DNA of 64,000 nucleotides from Camelus dromedarius (taxonomy: Eukaryota): positions 67,334,001 to 67,398,000 of the forward strand of contig NC_087437.1 in assembly GCF_036321535.1 (NCBI RefSeq). Reading direction: 5' to 3'. The translations under genes were made by a program, and so were the position numbers. Under the pieces are notes generated by a model, which had not been told where the DNA came from, did not search any database, and saw only the letters and a program-made list of their open reading frames with translations. This document shows, piece after piece, positions 51,799-64,000 of this stretch (positions within the stretch are counted from its first letter, which is position 1; every line of letters begins with the position of its first letter).

Positions 51799-52549
51799 TC
51801 TTATATAGGTAGGGTATATTTAGGATGATAAAAATGAATCACATGAGGAGTTAATGCTGTAGTCATTCCCATGACTAGGAGTGAGGACCCAAAATATGCT
51901 GGACCAGTGCAGGATTTCTTGTCCACTCATCGGAGGACCCAGCCTCGCTTTTACGTTGTCCCAGTTTAGGAACTACACTTGTCATCTCACTCAGAGAGAA
52001 GACCAGCCTTCTCCTTCACATGCAGTGGCTACAACAGACCATAGTATTTTTCAGAAAAGAGTTTGGATCTTTAAATGCTTATATAACTGCTTGCTTGAGA
52101 CCCCAGCGTTCTGCCCCATATAACACAGAATGTAAAAGAATACCAAACACTAAAAGCAAAGGAATTGTGAATTACTGAATTAATCATCCAGATTCCAGTT
52201 CCATTTCATTTATCAGTGAAGAAACAGGCATGTTTATGCAACTTGTTAAATGTTCAGCTTGAGCCTCTCCCTTGCCATAGTCAGAAAACTCATTCCTTGA
52301 ATGCAAGGAATTCCATTTTCTCTTCTCTGACTCCTAACTTCCCTCATATTCAAGCAAACATCAGGGATATTTACTACCAGCTTAGGTATATCTTTTCTGT
52401 GGCTCATAGACTGGAAAGTCCTGTGACTCAGGAAATGCTTTTGAATGAATACATGACCTGAAAAGTCTCTTTCTTTTGGGTAAAATCACAAAGAAAGAAA
52501 TCAGAGAGGAGGGGAGAGAAGCACTGGAAGATGAGTGTCCCCTGGGAAG

Positions 52550-52785
52550 AGCACTGGGCAGGGAATCTGGGCTCCCAGGGCTTTTTCTTCTGGGTGCTGT
52601 TGCTGAGTACCTGTGCGGTGCTGGCACACTGCTCAGCTTTTCTGAGCACCAGTTTCCTCAGCTCTGTGATAAGCACCCCAGTACCACTCCTGCCTTCCTT
52701 AGAAACACTAGGAGTTCTGGAGAAGATTAAATGGAGCCTTCCTGTGAAAAAATACAAAATATTACAAAAATGCTATAAAATGTGT
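52550..52785 (+). mobile_element. MIR SINE
   Basis: TCTGAGCACCAGTTTCCTCAGCT core; GAAGATTAAATG. Confidence 0.65.
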
Positions 52786-53154
52786 GGTAGATTTCTTGTT
52801 GCTGTTTCGTAAGTGTACATGCTGTGTCCACAGATGAGAAATTCCTAGTGATCAGGAACCCTGGATCTCACATATTCCTCAAGAGTTCCTTGACACCTAC
52901 TTGCCAACCTGAACTTGCATTACTGCGAGGGCTTGTTGAGTCTGAAAGGGACTGATGACCTCCAGACTTCGAGGATTGTGTCTTGTCACTATGTAAGTGA
53001 GAAAACTGCACACCTGGTTTAGTGAAAGGAAGGAAGTAAACATGGAAGTGACTCCCCCCCTTTCTGGGGAAGGGCCAGGTGCAGGACACATACTGTGTAT
53101 ATGGCCCTGTTCTGAGTGCTGGTGAGAGAAAGAGACATTAAGCTTCCCAACCGG

Positions 53155-53385
53155 CCATTTCTTGAGCAGCTGAGCACCTGCTGTGTGCCAGGTAGGGTTT
53201 TTTCCTGTGTTCGTATCAGTAGCTCTCGTAAAAGCTCTGAGGGGTGAGGGCTGTTACTCCTGTTCTGCGGTGGAGGAAACTTAGAGGGCGATAGAAATGA
53301 GGTAACGTACCCAGCAAATGCCATGTAGAACTGGGATTTAAATCAGTGTCTCAGTGCAGAGCTTTTGCTTTTTTCCATTATATTA
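53155..53385 (-). mobile_element. MIR SINE
   Basis: TGAGCACCTGCTGTGTGCCAGG...GGAGGAAACTTAGAG...CTGGGATTTAAATC. Confidence 0.75.
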
Positions 53386-54189
53386 TATGGAGTATGAATC
53401 TGGTTTGTAATTTAAAAAAAATAAGAAGAGAAAAACTAGGCATATCAGTAGGCAGGTTCTTTTAAATAGCAGTCTCAGAAATGATCATGTTACGGGGTAC
53501 CAGTTCATTTTCGGGCCCTAGTTTTTAATTTTCCAGGAAAATTGCTTTGCATTTATAACCAATTTCACTTAACATGCTTTCCTCCCTCTTTAGTGAATAT
53601 TGCCAAATATTTGCAACAATCCCCTAGATGTTTTGTGCTAACCAAGAACTTGGTTGTTCTTATCATTTTTAAATGATTAAATTAAAATTCACCCTCAAAG
53701 GGTTAGGACTCTGAAAACATACCATTTTGTTGTTTCCAGGCACAGGGAATAAATCTACACAGAAAGAAAGGGGTCAGATTAATATAATTGTGGTGACCCT
53801 TACATCTCTGTGGACCTGGGCATGGCGGTTTTGGCAGCATGCAGCCTGCCTGAAAAAAGGCTCCCTGTCCTTGGGCAAGAGAAAAGAAATACAGCCTGGG
53901 GAGAGAAAGTAACACAAAAAGAGGAAGGAGAAAATGAGTTGTAGGAAAAGAAGGGAAGACTGTAATTGTAACTTTAAATATTTCAAACAGATTGGGAACT
54001 ACACAGTATTTAAGGAAGATGACCCTGAAATGTAAGGTTCATAAAACATATCACATGAATATGTCATTCAGTTTACAGGTATTTTCTGAGTTTCTCGTCA
54101 GTGCCCAAAAGTTTTCATTTTAGTGGTAGACCTGCATCATTTATTTTCTTTACCCTCCTGGTCATTCAAGATTAACTGATATTTAATTG

Positions 54190-55310
54190 AGTCAGTCAGT
54201 TAGTCCACAAACATTTAAGGAGCATACAGTATGTCCTGGGTGCTGATGAGAGAAAAAGACACGTTAAGAATCTCAACCCTGTCCTCTGCAGCTACCAGTT
54301 CTGCTCAGGAACTGATTAACAATAATACAAGGTAGGTACCAAACCAACATAAAATGTCAGTGTTACAGGGTAAAGAGAGATTATTATTTGTGGAGATGTG
54401 GTATTACTTCCTGCAGGAGGTGATATTAAACCAGTGTTTACTTATGTGAACACCAGCAGGAGGCTGCATTTTGGATAAGAAGGATGTGGATGTAGAAAGT
54501 GAAGGCCATGTGTGAGAACCTATGGTTTGACTGGAGTAAAAGGTGATTGAAAACTGTAGTTACAGGTAAGCAGGGGACAGATTGCAGAGGGCTTTTAATT
54601 CCAGGTGTAGTTGTTAGGATTTGCTCAGAGAAGCAAAATATAACAAATATTGCAGAATAATGATTTATTACAGAAATTAGACCTTACATGATTGTGAGAA
54701 GAGCTTTCTATTGTTGTGTTACACATCACCCCCAAACTTAGTGGCTTAAAATGACAACCGTTTTACCTGCTCATGATTCTGTGGGTTGGCTGGGGATCAG
54801 CTGGGTGACTTTTTACTGGTCCCACTTGGAATCTCTCATGTGGCTAGATGGGAATGTCCAAGATGGCTTTACCACCATATCTGGTACTTAGCAGGGTTGG
54901 CTGGGAGCCTGTGACCTCTCTCTCTCTCTTCGTAGCACTTTCCATATGGCTTGTCTGGATACTCTCTGTAGTGGCTGGATCCCAAGAACACACACTCCAG
55001 TAGGATAAGCCTCAGTGTTCAAGTGCATATTAAGCCTCTGCTTACATCGAGCTTGCTAATGTCCCACAGGTCTCAAGCCATCAGAGTAACCATCTACTCT
55101 ACCAGGCAAAGGAATTAGGGATCTTTTTCAGTAAGTAGTAGGGAACTATTGAAAAATCTGGAAAGGAAAGTGCCAGAGTGAGATCCCTGTTTGGAAAAGA
55201 TTCATCTGGCAGTGGTGTTACAGGATGGTGTGGAGGCACGTGAGGCAGGAAGACCAACTAAGAGATTACTGCAAACAATCAAGGTGAGAGGAAACAAGGG
55301 GTGGAACTAG
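54190..55310 (-). mobile_element. L2 LINE interrupted by an LTR composite
   Basis: L2 tail AGTCAGTCAG...AAACATTTA; the L2 sequence GGGGACAGATTGCAGAGGGC...CCAGG resumes at 55102 (CCAGGCAAAGGAATT...GGAAAAGATTCATCTGGCAG). Confidence 0.7.
54606..55101 (-). mobile_element. MLT1G-like MaLR LTR preceded by ~100 bp of a different ERVL-type LTR
   Basis: ATCACCCCCAAACTTAGTGGCTTAAAA...GCTCATGATTCTGTGGGTTGGCTG...TCCAAGATGGC; flanked by CCAGG/CCAGG. Confidence 0.75.
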
Positions 55311-55312
55311 CG

Positions 55313-55830
55313 TGTTTATCAGCCAACTGCTGATGTGCTTTTGCTTCCTTCCTTCCTCTCTCTTCCTTCCTTCCTTCCTTCCTTCCTTCCTTTCTTTTTT
55401 TTCCTTTTCTTTTCTTTCTTTTTTAATTGCAGTATAGTCAGTTACAGTGTGTCAGTTTCTGGTGGTAACCCTCTTTCTTCCCCTGATTGCAAGGGAGCTG
55501 TCTCCTGCGGCCTGTGTTTCCCAGGTTCCACGTCAGCTGTCAGCTGGCTTCCTGCTGGTTTGGCCAATGAGAGGCACTGGTGGAAGATGGGAGGGAAGGA
55601 GGAAACAAGTTCTCTTTCACTCTGCTTCAGGTGGTGTATCTGGCAGCAGCAATAACTCCTCCATGGCTCTAGCTTTGGTAACCCTATCTTCCATTTTTTT
55701 GGTCTGCAAGGTAGGGGTAGTAGCAGTTGACCATTGTATTAATTTCTGGATTGCTTGATTATCCCTTGTTTAGCTTCTTGGTTTTTCTATCACCTCTAGA
55801 GCTAAAATTCTTTGAAGGAGAATTATGGTT
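55313..55830 (+). mobile_element. LTR33-like ERVL LTR
   Basis: TTTCCCAGG...CAGCTGGCTTCCTGCTGGTTTGGCCAATGAGAGGCACTGGTGGAAGATGGGAGGG. Confidence 0.75.
55343..55464 (-). mobile_element. Extremely truncated L1 (~45-bp 3' terminus) with a (TTCC)n/T-rich tail
   Basis: Reverse complement of 55421-55464 is CACCAGAAACTGACACACTGTAACTGACTATACTGCAATTAAAA, matching the L1 end at 13392-13432. Confidence 0.85.
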
Positions 55831-55899
55831 ATTTGCATAGGTCCGTGAGGGATGTGGAGGGGTGGGACTGGGGAGATAGCTTGAATTGAAAAACTGTCA

Positions 55900-56190
55900 G
55901 AAGTTCACTTTTTTTTCCTTCTGCAATTGGCTTTATTATCTTTCTGTTGTTCTTCCATCACATGTGAGGCAGAAGGTAGCCAACTCAGATCTCCCAAGTT
56001 TGCAACTGCTTCATTCAAAAACCAGGTCAGAATGACTAACTCTTAATTCTAATTCTAATTTTTAAGGAAGAAACAGTTTGACTAGTTCATCTTGGCTCCG
56101 ATGTCCTTTCTTAATCCAATCAGGCATAACTAAAAGGAGCCCGTACCTGGCAGCCACTCAGAATAGTCATTTCCCAGAGGAGGTGGTCGG
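55900..56190 (-). mobile_element. Old MaLR LTR fragment (MLT1L/M-like)
   Basis: TTGGCTTTATT...GGAAGAAACAGTTTGACTAG...CTTGGCTCCGATGTCC...TCCAATCAG. Confidence 0.45.
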
Positions 56191-57734
56191 TGCTCCATGA
56201 GCTTCAGTGCTGGTGGAATAGTTTTAAGCAGTATAATGAAACCAGTAAGGATGGAAGCAGGAGTAGAAGAAAGGCTGATGGTTGTAATAACACTGATCAT
56301 GATTAGATTATTACTGGAGCTGGGGTTTTGGGTTTATACTGAGAGTTTCTATGGATTGCTGAATGGAAGAAAGCATGACAGGCTCTTTTTAAAAGGACTG
56401 TTTAATAAAAACCATTTTTTAAAAAAAGGAAAAGAAACCCCACACACACCAGGGAAAGGGAGTTTGGAATGAGGATAATGGAAAAGGGAAGGCAGCCCAC
56501 TTGAGACCAAGAATTTTTGTCTAACCGCCATGATCAGAGCAGAGATCTTTTCCCTGGAGGTGGGCAGTGCTCACCCAAGATGCTCAGGCTAACCTAGAAT
56601 GGAACACTCGAGAAGCAAGGATGTAGCTTGCTAAATCCAGAAATTCTCAACAGATTAAAATAATGCTAGGCATTAATGTGGCTTCACTCAGTGAATTTCC
56701 TTCCTTCAATTAACATGATTACTGTCATTGTTATTAAATTATTTCATGTGTGAAGAAGCCAATTTTCTGAAATCAGATTGCCTTATTGAGTGTTCTCTAG
56801 GCCAAAGTCATTGAAGACCAGAGTTCTGAAGATAGTAACGAAAAGGCAACGCCAACATCCAGGTGTGTAAACAAGATACTGCAAGGCCCGCGTGCTCTGC
56901 TCTGCACAACTGCTGTGTTCCCTTTTCATGGCATGTGTATCAGAGTCTGCGTGAATATTGAGGGCCCATCCCTGTTGGCACACCTGTTATGTTCCTCCTT
57001 GGAAAGAGTCGCAAATGAGTTGAGGCCCTTTTCCGAATGAAGGGCAGGGAGGAAGTTCTCATTTTCTAAGTAATTCCACTTAAATATTTATGATGAGTTT
57101 CAAGTCACTGGGAATATTAGTTCTTAATTAGAACATCAATAGGCTTGTAGCTGGAATGAAGTGAAAGCCACTGCTAATCTTCTAATGCATCAGCTTCAGT
57201 GGTCCCACTGACAGAAGCCCACATTCAACTTTCTTTGTTACGCATTACCAAGAAGAAGAAATAAATCTCAGCGTGAGGTTTCCTAGAGCAAAATGATTCA
57301 CCTCAATGGTACCTTTGTTATCCTAAATTTCACTCTTTCTCTAATAGCCAGCTGCATCAACACACACTGATCATCTTTGACTATAAATTCAAGAATTGAA
57401 TGGATTTAACTTCTTTTCATAGAAAATTTCTCAAGTGGAAACTTTGACACTAACACTTACCTAACACTGACCCTGAATTGCTAAAGACATTGCTTAACAG
57501 TGTTATAATCATGTATGAATTCAAAACCAATTTAAGATCAAGTATCCATCTGGTTTTAGGTAATATTGTTAAGTGTACAGAGTTTGCCTTCAGTTGATAA
57601 GATTTCTTAGAGTCTTATCCATTTTTACTTTTCATAATGCCTTATGATTGACTTTGTTTAAAGAAGACCGTACAATTAATGCTTCTTAAAAATAAGGACA
57701 TTATTCTTTTCTCCTCTTCTGACATTTTCTAGAG

Positions 57735-58089
57735 CAGCTCTGCCCAGTAGAACTTCCTGTGGTGAGAGAAATGTTCTGTGTTTGCACTGTCCAACACAGT
57801 GGCCATAAGCCACGGATAGCTGCTAAGCCCTTGACATGTGACCAGTACTCCTGACTGAATTTTTAATTGTATTTAAATTGGATTCATTTAAACTTAAAAT
57901 TTTAAATTTAATTGCTTTAAACTTAAATTTAAGTAGCCACATTTAGCGATTTAGCACTTGAAATATGGTTAATGTGACTGAATTTTAACTTTATTTAAAT
58001 AGCTTTGTGTGGTTTCTGTCTTCCACATTGGACAGAGAAGGTATATAGAATATTTTCATCACTGCACGAAGTTCTCTGGGACACTTTGG
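57735..58089 (+). mobile_element. MER3-derived composite hAT MITE
   Basis: MER3 5' end, then a duplicated right half, then an inverted MER3 5' end; TSD TTCTAGAG/TTCTAGAT. Confidence 0.8.
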
Positions 58090-59034
58090 TTCTAGATAAA
58101 AAATTCTTCAAGAGCAGGGAGCGGGCAGGCCTCTCCGTAACCCTCAGCCCCTAACGCGGTGTGGGGGAATATCTTTGCACGTGTGCTTATTGCCTGATCA
58201 ACTTCTCAAGAGGAAGGCCTACTTCTTGAAGGGGCTATTTTTAATTTCTGGCCTTTGATTCATTATAAAATGTACTTCTAGCTCTTACATTTCCTTGCTG
58301 CTTTAGGATTGCTGTATTTCTCCCTCTCAAGTCTTCGCCAGCTGTTAGAGCTGGTTCCAACCGCACAGTGTGATGCCTTTGCTGGTTTCCTCGGTCACAC
58401 CCCAATAGATGGAGGTAACGAACTGAAAACAAACAAAATAAACGATGTTTATCAAAAAAAAATAATATTTTAATCAGAGTATATAATTCAGAGTAGGATT
58501 TAAGGAAAATTTAATATTTAGATACAGTGGGGTACCTCTCAGGACATTTTGTATGTAATGAATCCCTGCATAATCTAATTCTGATTTTTTCCAAGGCATA
58601 TTAATTAGAATGAGATCTCCCTGAATTGGAATGGGTTTCACAATGTCGATGTGCTTCAGGTCTTCAAGAAAGCTTGGTGTTCAAAGCCTTTGCAAGATGT
58701 CTGACTAGCCTGTTATTTGCCCAGCACATAAAATTTTCTCTCTGAAGATGGCTGTAATGTGCTTCTCTCCACACTGCGAGGGGAGTTTGAATGGAATGAG
58801 GAAATCCTCACCCTCTGCTATGGCTACGTGGACCCATGGGTCAGATTCAGTCATTGTTCAATCACTGTTTTATCAGCTGTGCTATGTACTGTAAAGTTAT
58901 ATTGCGTGAACATCTGTAGGAAAGGATATGAATCTTTTTAAAGAGGCCATATTAGATCAGAGATCGTGCTCAGAAACTACAAGTCTATCAAAGGAGGTCA
59001 GTGAGAGTACCTTAGAATATGTAAGGGTTCACAG

Positions 59035-59240
59035 CAAGGGCTGTAGGGTCAGAAAGTCTATTTGAATTTGAATCCCAGATTACGAGGGGTGTGACCTTGG
59101 ACAAATGCCTTTTTGTCCCTGTGCCTCAGTTGGGTTATCAATAAAATGAGGATATTAGTAATAGCTACACAGGGTCATATGACAATTAAAAGACTTACAG
59201 TCAGTTCTCAAAAAAAAAACCCTTATTTATTATTACTACT
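59035..59240 (+). mobile_element. MIR SINE
   Basis: TTTGAATCCCAG...GTGTGACCTTGGACAA...CTGTGCCTCAGTT...AAAATGAGGATATTAGTAATAG. Confidence 0.8.
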
Positions 59241-60267
59241 GTATATTATTGTATACTTAACCAGGAGTGGACAATCTTAGAACACATTAATTAGATTGAG
59301 TCAGAGAAACCACCGAGAATGAGGAGTTAGGTTGTTTAATGCAGACCAGAGAAATCACATTACTGCAGTAAGCAAGGGGAAAAGAATCTGTGCAGTTCTT
59401 TCCATGAAAGGAATATTTCTGTGCATCCAGTTCGTGTCTTCCCGGTGTGTGGTCAGTATAATTCTCTTTGTAGTGGAAAGTCTTCCCATTGGTGCTCCCA
59501 TCTGTGGATGCCTAGTCTCCTCTGCTCTTCCTTTCCTCCCAGTGTTATTTCCTTGATCAGGGATTGAGCTAAAGACCTCTCCTGGAAAATCTAAGACGGC
59601 AGCACACAGGTGACTGATGGTATTGAGGGGTTTCTGGATTCCTTAACTCTCTGTAACCAGATTATGTAAACACACCAGGCTTACCCTCAGTTCAAGGCAC
59701 AGGAGACGTGTAAGTCTCCTCGGACCCACACTTTCGGACTTGGTATGAGGTGCTGACCACCTTGCTAATCTAACCCTCGTGATATGCCTCCATGTAGGAA
59801 ATGTGCATTTCTGGCCTGTTGGTTTTAACCTAGTTCCCCGTCTTCCCAGCTCCCTTGATTGGAGCTTTGGCCTTGATTTCTAAAAAGCCTTCCAGGCAAG
59901 AGGCTGTCTTCAGAAAATTTTATGACTGGGGTTCTCCTACATTTTAGTGGCCACTTTCCTGTCTGGGCTTCTGATACAGCCCACCCTAAATTCCCTGTTA
60001 CTTCCTCCCCATTTCATATTGGCACCTCCAGTACCCCTCATTTTGGGGCCTACTCTTTATTGCTTCAGCTCTGATGAGAAATTGCTACAGTCCGTAAACA
60101 CTGTGCTACATGGAAGGTAGTTCCCTCAGGTCTGCTCTGCCTGGTGAGGAGGAAAGTGTTGGACCTTGTCTCTTTCCATTGGCTTGTCTGATCCACTGGC
60201 TGCGCCCCACCCATGCCCTGCCCAGGGCTCTGACCAGAGACCCTCTGAAAACTATACACATTTTTTT

Positions 60268-60370
60268 TTCATTCAACTAATACTTATTGTGCACCCACTT
60301 TGTGCAATTCTAGACACAGGAGACACTGCAGAGGGCAAAACAAAGTCCCTGTCCTCATGAAGCTCAGATG
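60268..60370 (-). mobile_element. L2 LINE 3' end
   Basis: TTCATTCAACTAATACTTATTGTGCACCCACTTTGTGC...AAAGTCCCTGTCCTCATGAAGCTCA. Confidence 0.75.
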
Positions 60371-61194
60371 AAACCTGAAGCCAGTATTGTGTGTGTGTTG
60401 TGATTTGGAATTTTCTACCATTGTTGTGCGCTCACCAATTTGAGATTTTTGCTGTAGATGTCATCTGCTTAAAAATATAATATTTAGTAACTGTAGGAAT
60501 TCACTTCTACAACTGTCCTATATTGTTTACAATGCACCACTTTATTACTGTAGTTACCAAGATCAACTAGCTAGTGGTGTGTGTGGCAGTGATGAGGAAT
60601 TCTGGCTGAGTATATTCATTTAGAGCCTAATTGGTCTGAATGTCACTCAGCTATGCACATTCAAAAGACAGAAATTTGCTCTCTTGGGGTGAGTAATAGT
60701 GTGTCTTTTTTAAATAAAAATATTACATAATATTTATTTTAGGTAAATGTTCAGTATTATCAGTTTAACAGATTCCAAATAGCAAATGCAGTAAAAAAAA
60801 AAAAAAAAAAAAAGCTCTAACCCACCCACAAAAGGATGGGCATGCATGCACATTTATGTTGTCCATTATTTGCAAACCACTCATTCAGAGCTTCTTCCCA
60901 TTGGATCACAAAGTATTCTGTAAGAAACTCTTCTTTTATTCAAACTAAACCAGAAGCCAGAAATCTCAGTTAATGGCTGTATTTCAATGATACCTAAATA
61001 AATGATTTGAAGTTCAACAAGTTAGCTTTTGTCTTCCCTAACATTGGTCAACTAAATAATCTTAGTTTGCTGGTTCAGCAGCATCAGGTTAGAGGTGGTT
61101 GTGTTCAACCAGCTGTCACATAGTAGTTACTCATGTGTTCACTGACTATTGAATAAATGTCGTAATTTGAATAGAATCCATGCATCATTCTACC

Positions 61195-63600
61195 TTTTTT
61201 AAAATTGTGGTAAAATACACATAACATAAAATTTCCCATCTTAACTATTCTTATATGTATAGTTCAGTAGTACTTAAGTGCATTCACATTTTTGTGTCAC
61301 CATCACCACCATTCATCCACAGAACTCTTCATCTTGCAAAACTGAAACTCTGTATCCTTTAAGCAATAATACCCTTATTTCCTCCTACCCTATGTCTCTG
61401 GCAACCACCACTCTACTTTTTGTCTCTTTGACTTGTCCACTCTAGGTCCTCATATAAGTGGAAACATACAGTATTTGTCCTTTCATGACTGGTTTATTTC
61501 ACTTAGCATAATGTTCTCAAGGTTCATCCATGTTGTAGCGCATGTCAGAATTTCCTTCTTTTCTAAGGGTGAATAATATTTTATTGTGTGCATATACCAC
61601 ATTTTGTTTATTCATCCATCTGTCAGTGGACACGTGTGTTGTTTCCACCGTTTGGCTACTGGAAATAATGCTGCTATAAACATGGGCATGTAAGTCTCTC
61701 TTTGAGTTCCTGCTTTCAGTTCTTTTGGGCAAATACCCATAAGTGAAACTGCTGGATCCTATAGTAGTTCTATGTTTAGTTTTTTGAGGAACTGCTATAC
61801 TGTTTTCCACAGCGGCTGTACCATTTTACATTCCCTCCAATGGTACACAAGAGTTCCAGTTATTTCAGATCCTACTGACATTTACTGACATTTGTCATCT
61901 TCTTCTTTATTTTTTGATAGTAGCCATCCTAATGGGTATGAGGTGGTTTTGATTCGCATCTCTCTAGTGCTTAGTGATGTTGGGCATCTTTTCATGTGCT
62001 TATTGGCCATTTGTATATCTTTCTTGAAGAAATGTCTATTCAAGTTTTTTTAAATTGGGTTATTTTGTTATTGACTTGTAGGAATTTATTATATATTCTG
62101 GATATTAACCCCTTATCAGTTGTACAGTTTGCAGATACTTTTTTCCTATTCTGTAGATTGCCTTTTCACTGTTTATTGTGTCCTTTGATGCACAGAAGTT
62201 TTAAATTTGGTTTGGTCCAATTCATCTAACTTTTGTTTTGGTGGCTGTGCTTTTGGTGTCATATCCAAGAAATCATTGCTGAATCCAATGTCATGAAGAA
62301 TTCCGCCTATGTTTTCATCTCTTAGTTTTATAGATTTATCTCTTATATTTAGGCCTTTGATGCATTTTTAATTAATTTTGGTATATGGTGTAAGGTATGA
62401 GTCCAGCTTTATTCTTTTGTATGTAGATACCTAGTTTTCACAGCACTATTTGTTGAAAAGACCATCCTTTCCTCATTGAATGGTCTTGGCACGTGTGACA
62501 AAAATCATTTGGTCTTATAAGTAAGTTTTATTTCTGGGCTGTCTGCTCTATTCGATTGGTCCGTCTGTCTGTCTTTCTTTCAGTACTACACTGTTTTGAT
62601 TATTGTGAATTTGTAGTAAGTTTTGAAGTTGGGAAGTGGGAGACCCTCCAACTTTGTTTTTGTTTTTCAGTATATTTTGGCTATTTGATGACCCTTGAAA
62701 TTCCACATGAATGAATTTTTGTATTTCTGCAAAATAAATTGTTGGGATTTTTATAGGGATTTCATTGGATCTATAGATCACTTTGAGTAGTACTGGTATC
62801 TTAACAATATTAACTATCCCAACTCATGAACATTGATGTCTTTTATTTATTTGTGCATTTAGTTTCTTTCATCAACACTTTGAAATTTTCAGTGTATAAG
62901 ACTTTGCTTCCTTGTTTAAATTTATTTCTAAATATTTTATTCTTTTTGATATTATGAATGGGATTTTTAAAAAATCCCTGTTGGATTGTTCACTATTAGT
63001 GTGTGAAAACACAGCTAATTTTCGCATGTTGATTTTGTATCCTGTAGATTTGCTGAATTTATTTATTAATTCTAAGGTTTTTAATGAAATCTTTAGGATT
63101 TCCTACATGTAAGATTATGTCATCCGTGAACAGAGATAATTTTACTTTTTCCTTTCTAATTTGGGTGCCTTTTATTTATTTTCTTACCTAATTGCTCTGG
63201 ATAGAACTTCCAGTGTCATGTTCAGTAGAAGAGGTGAAAGCAAGTATCCTTGTCTTGTTTCTGATCTGGGAAGAAAAGCTTTTTGTCTGTCCTTATTGAG
63301 TATGATGTTTGCTGTGGGCTTTTTATATATGGGCTTTATTATGTTGAGGTAATTTCCTCCTCTTCCTAGTTTGTTGAGTGTTTTTATCATGAAAATGTGT
63401 TAAATTTTGTGAAATGCCTTTCTGCGTCAATTAAAATGATCTTGTGGTTATTTTCCTTCATTCTGTTTAGTGGTATATTATGTTGACTGATTTCTGTATG
63501 CTGGACCATCCTGGCATTACAGGAATAAATCTTACTTGGTTATGTTGTATAATCCTTTCAATGTGCTGTTGAATTCTGTTTGCTAGTATTTGTTGAGGAA
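61195..63600 (-). mobile_element. 5'-truncated L1MB-like LINE-1
   Basis: 3' end TTGTGGTAAAATACACATAACATAAAATTT; ORF2 fragments 63184-63390 (KPTANIILN...RQG...SPLL) and 62548-62781. Confidence 0.93.
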
Positions 63601-63807
63601 TCATAACTGTTTTGATATGGGGGGCACTCTCACACTGTACTTGAGGGTACCAAGACTTTGGGACAGGATGTGATCTGTTCAAAGGTATGCTTCTGGATAC
63701 CATTGTCAAGGTTGAGTCTAGAACCCAAGATTCCTGAATTCTCTTAGGAGGTTTTAATTGGCTTAAGTTTCAAATGAATCAGCAGTCTGGTTTTATTTCT
63801 AGAGATC

Positions 63808-63950
63808 TCTGTGATTCTCCTCTTGCTGACATGTAGAAATTGCCTATGGAGCTTTAAAAAATACCAAGGCTTGGATTCCATTCACAGGGATTCTAGTCTT
63901 CTGATTTAATTGGCTTTGGGGTTGAGAGGAGCACCCAGGCAAATATATAC
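63808..63950. mobile_element. MER5-like hAT fragment
   Basis: GGAGCTTTAAAAAATACC...TTCTGATTTAATTGG...GGGGT. Confidence 0.5.
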
Positions 63951-64000
63951 AAATATATATATAATTTTTTTGGTGGAACAGGACTCTCATGTATTTATTT

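Noticed and set aside
56801..57040. Open frame after an AG (AKVIEDQSSEDSNEKATPTS...)
   Set aside because: Short pyrimidine tract, weak donor and unrecognised peptide; compatible with chance

Overview
This 64 kb window is AT-rich, non-coding mammalian DNA (intronic or intergenic). I could not recognise an intact protein-coding gene, rRNA, tRNA or CRISPR array. The only identifiable gene-derived sequence is a full-length, inactivated processed RPL12 pseudogene (9295-9937) with target-site duplications, inserted into a MER5A-like element. The rest is layered repeat content: ancient MIR, L2 and L1ME fragments; hAT and Tigger MITEs (MER2, MER3, MER33, MER63, MER103-like); MaLR, ERVL and ERV LTRs; several 5'-truncated L1s; and large microsatellites. 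The youngest L1 3' ends look cetartiodactyl, most like camelid, and I saw no Alu, B1, PRE-1 or Bov SINEs; the species call is inference. Repeat family names come from recalled consensus sequences and need Dfam/RepeatMasker confirmation. The most interesting signals are a 74-bp imperfect palindrome carrying two RFX X-boxes, a 33-nt microexon-like unit on the minus strand, a canonical-looking 109-nt intron, same-orientation CTCF motifs, an L1 whose 3' end is replaced by a ~410-bp purine/pyrimidine tract, and a double-ended MER3 composite. I found no convincing new multi-gene system.
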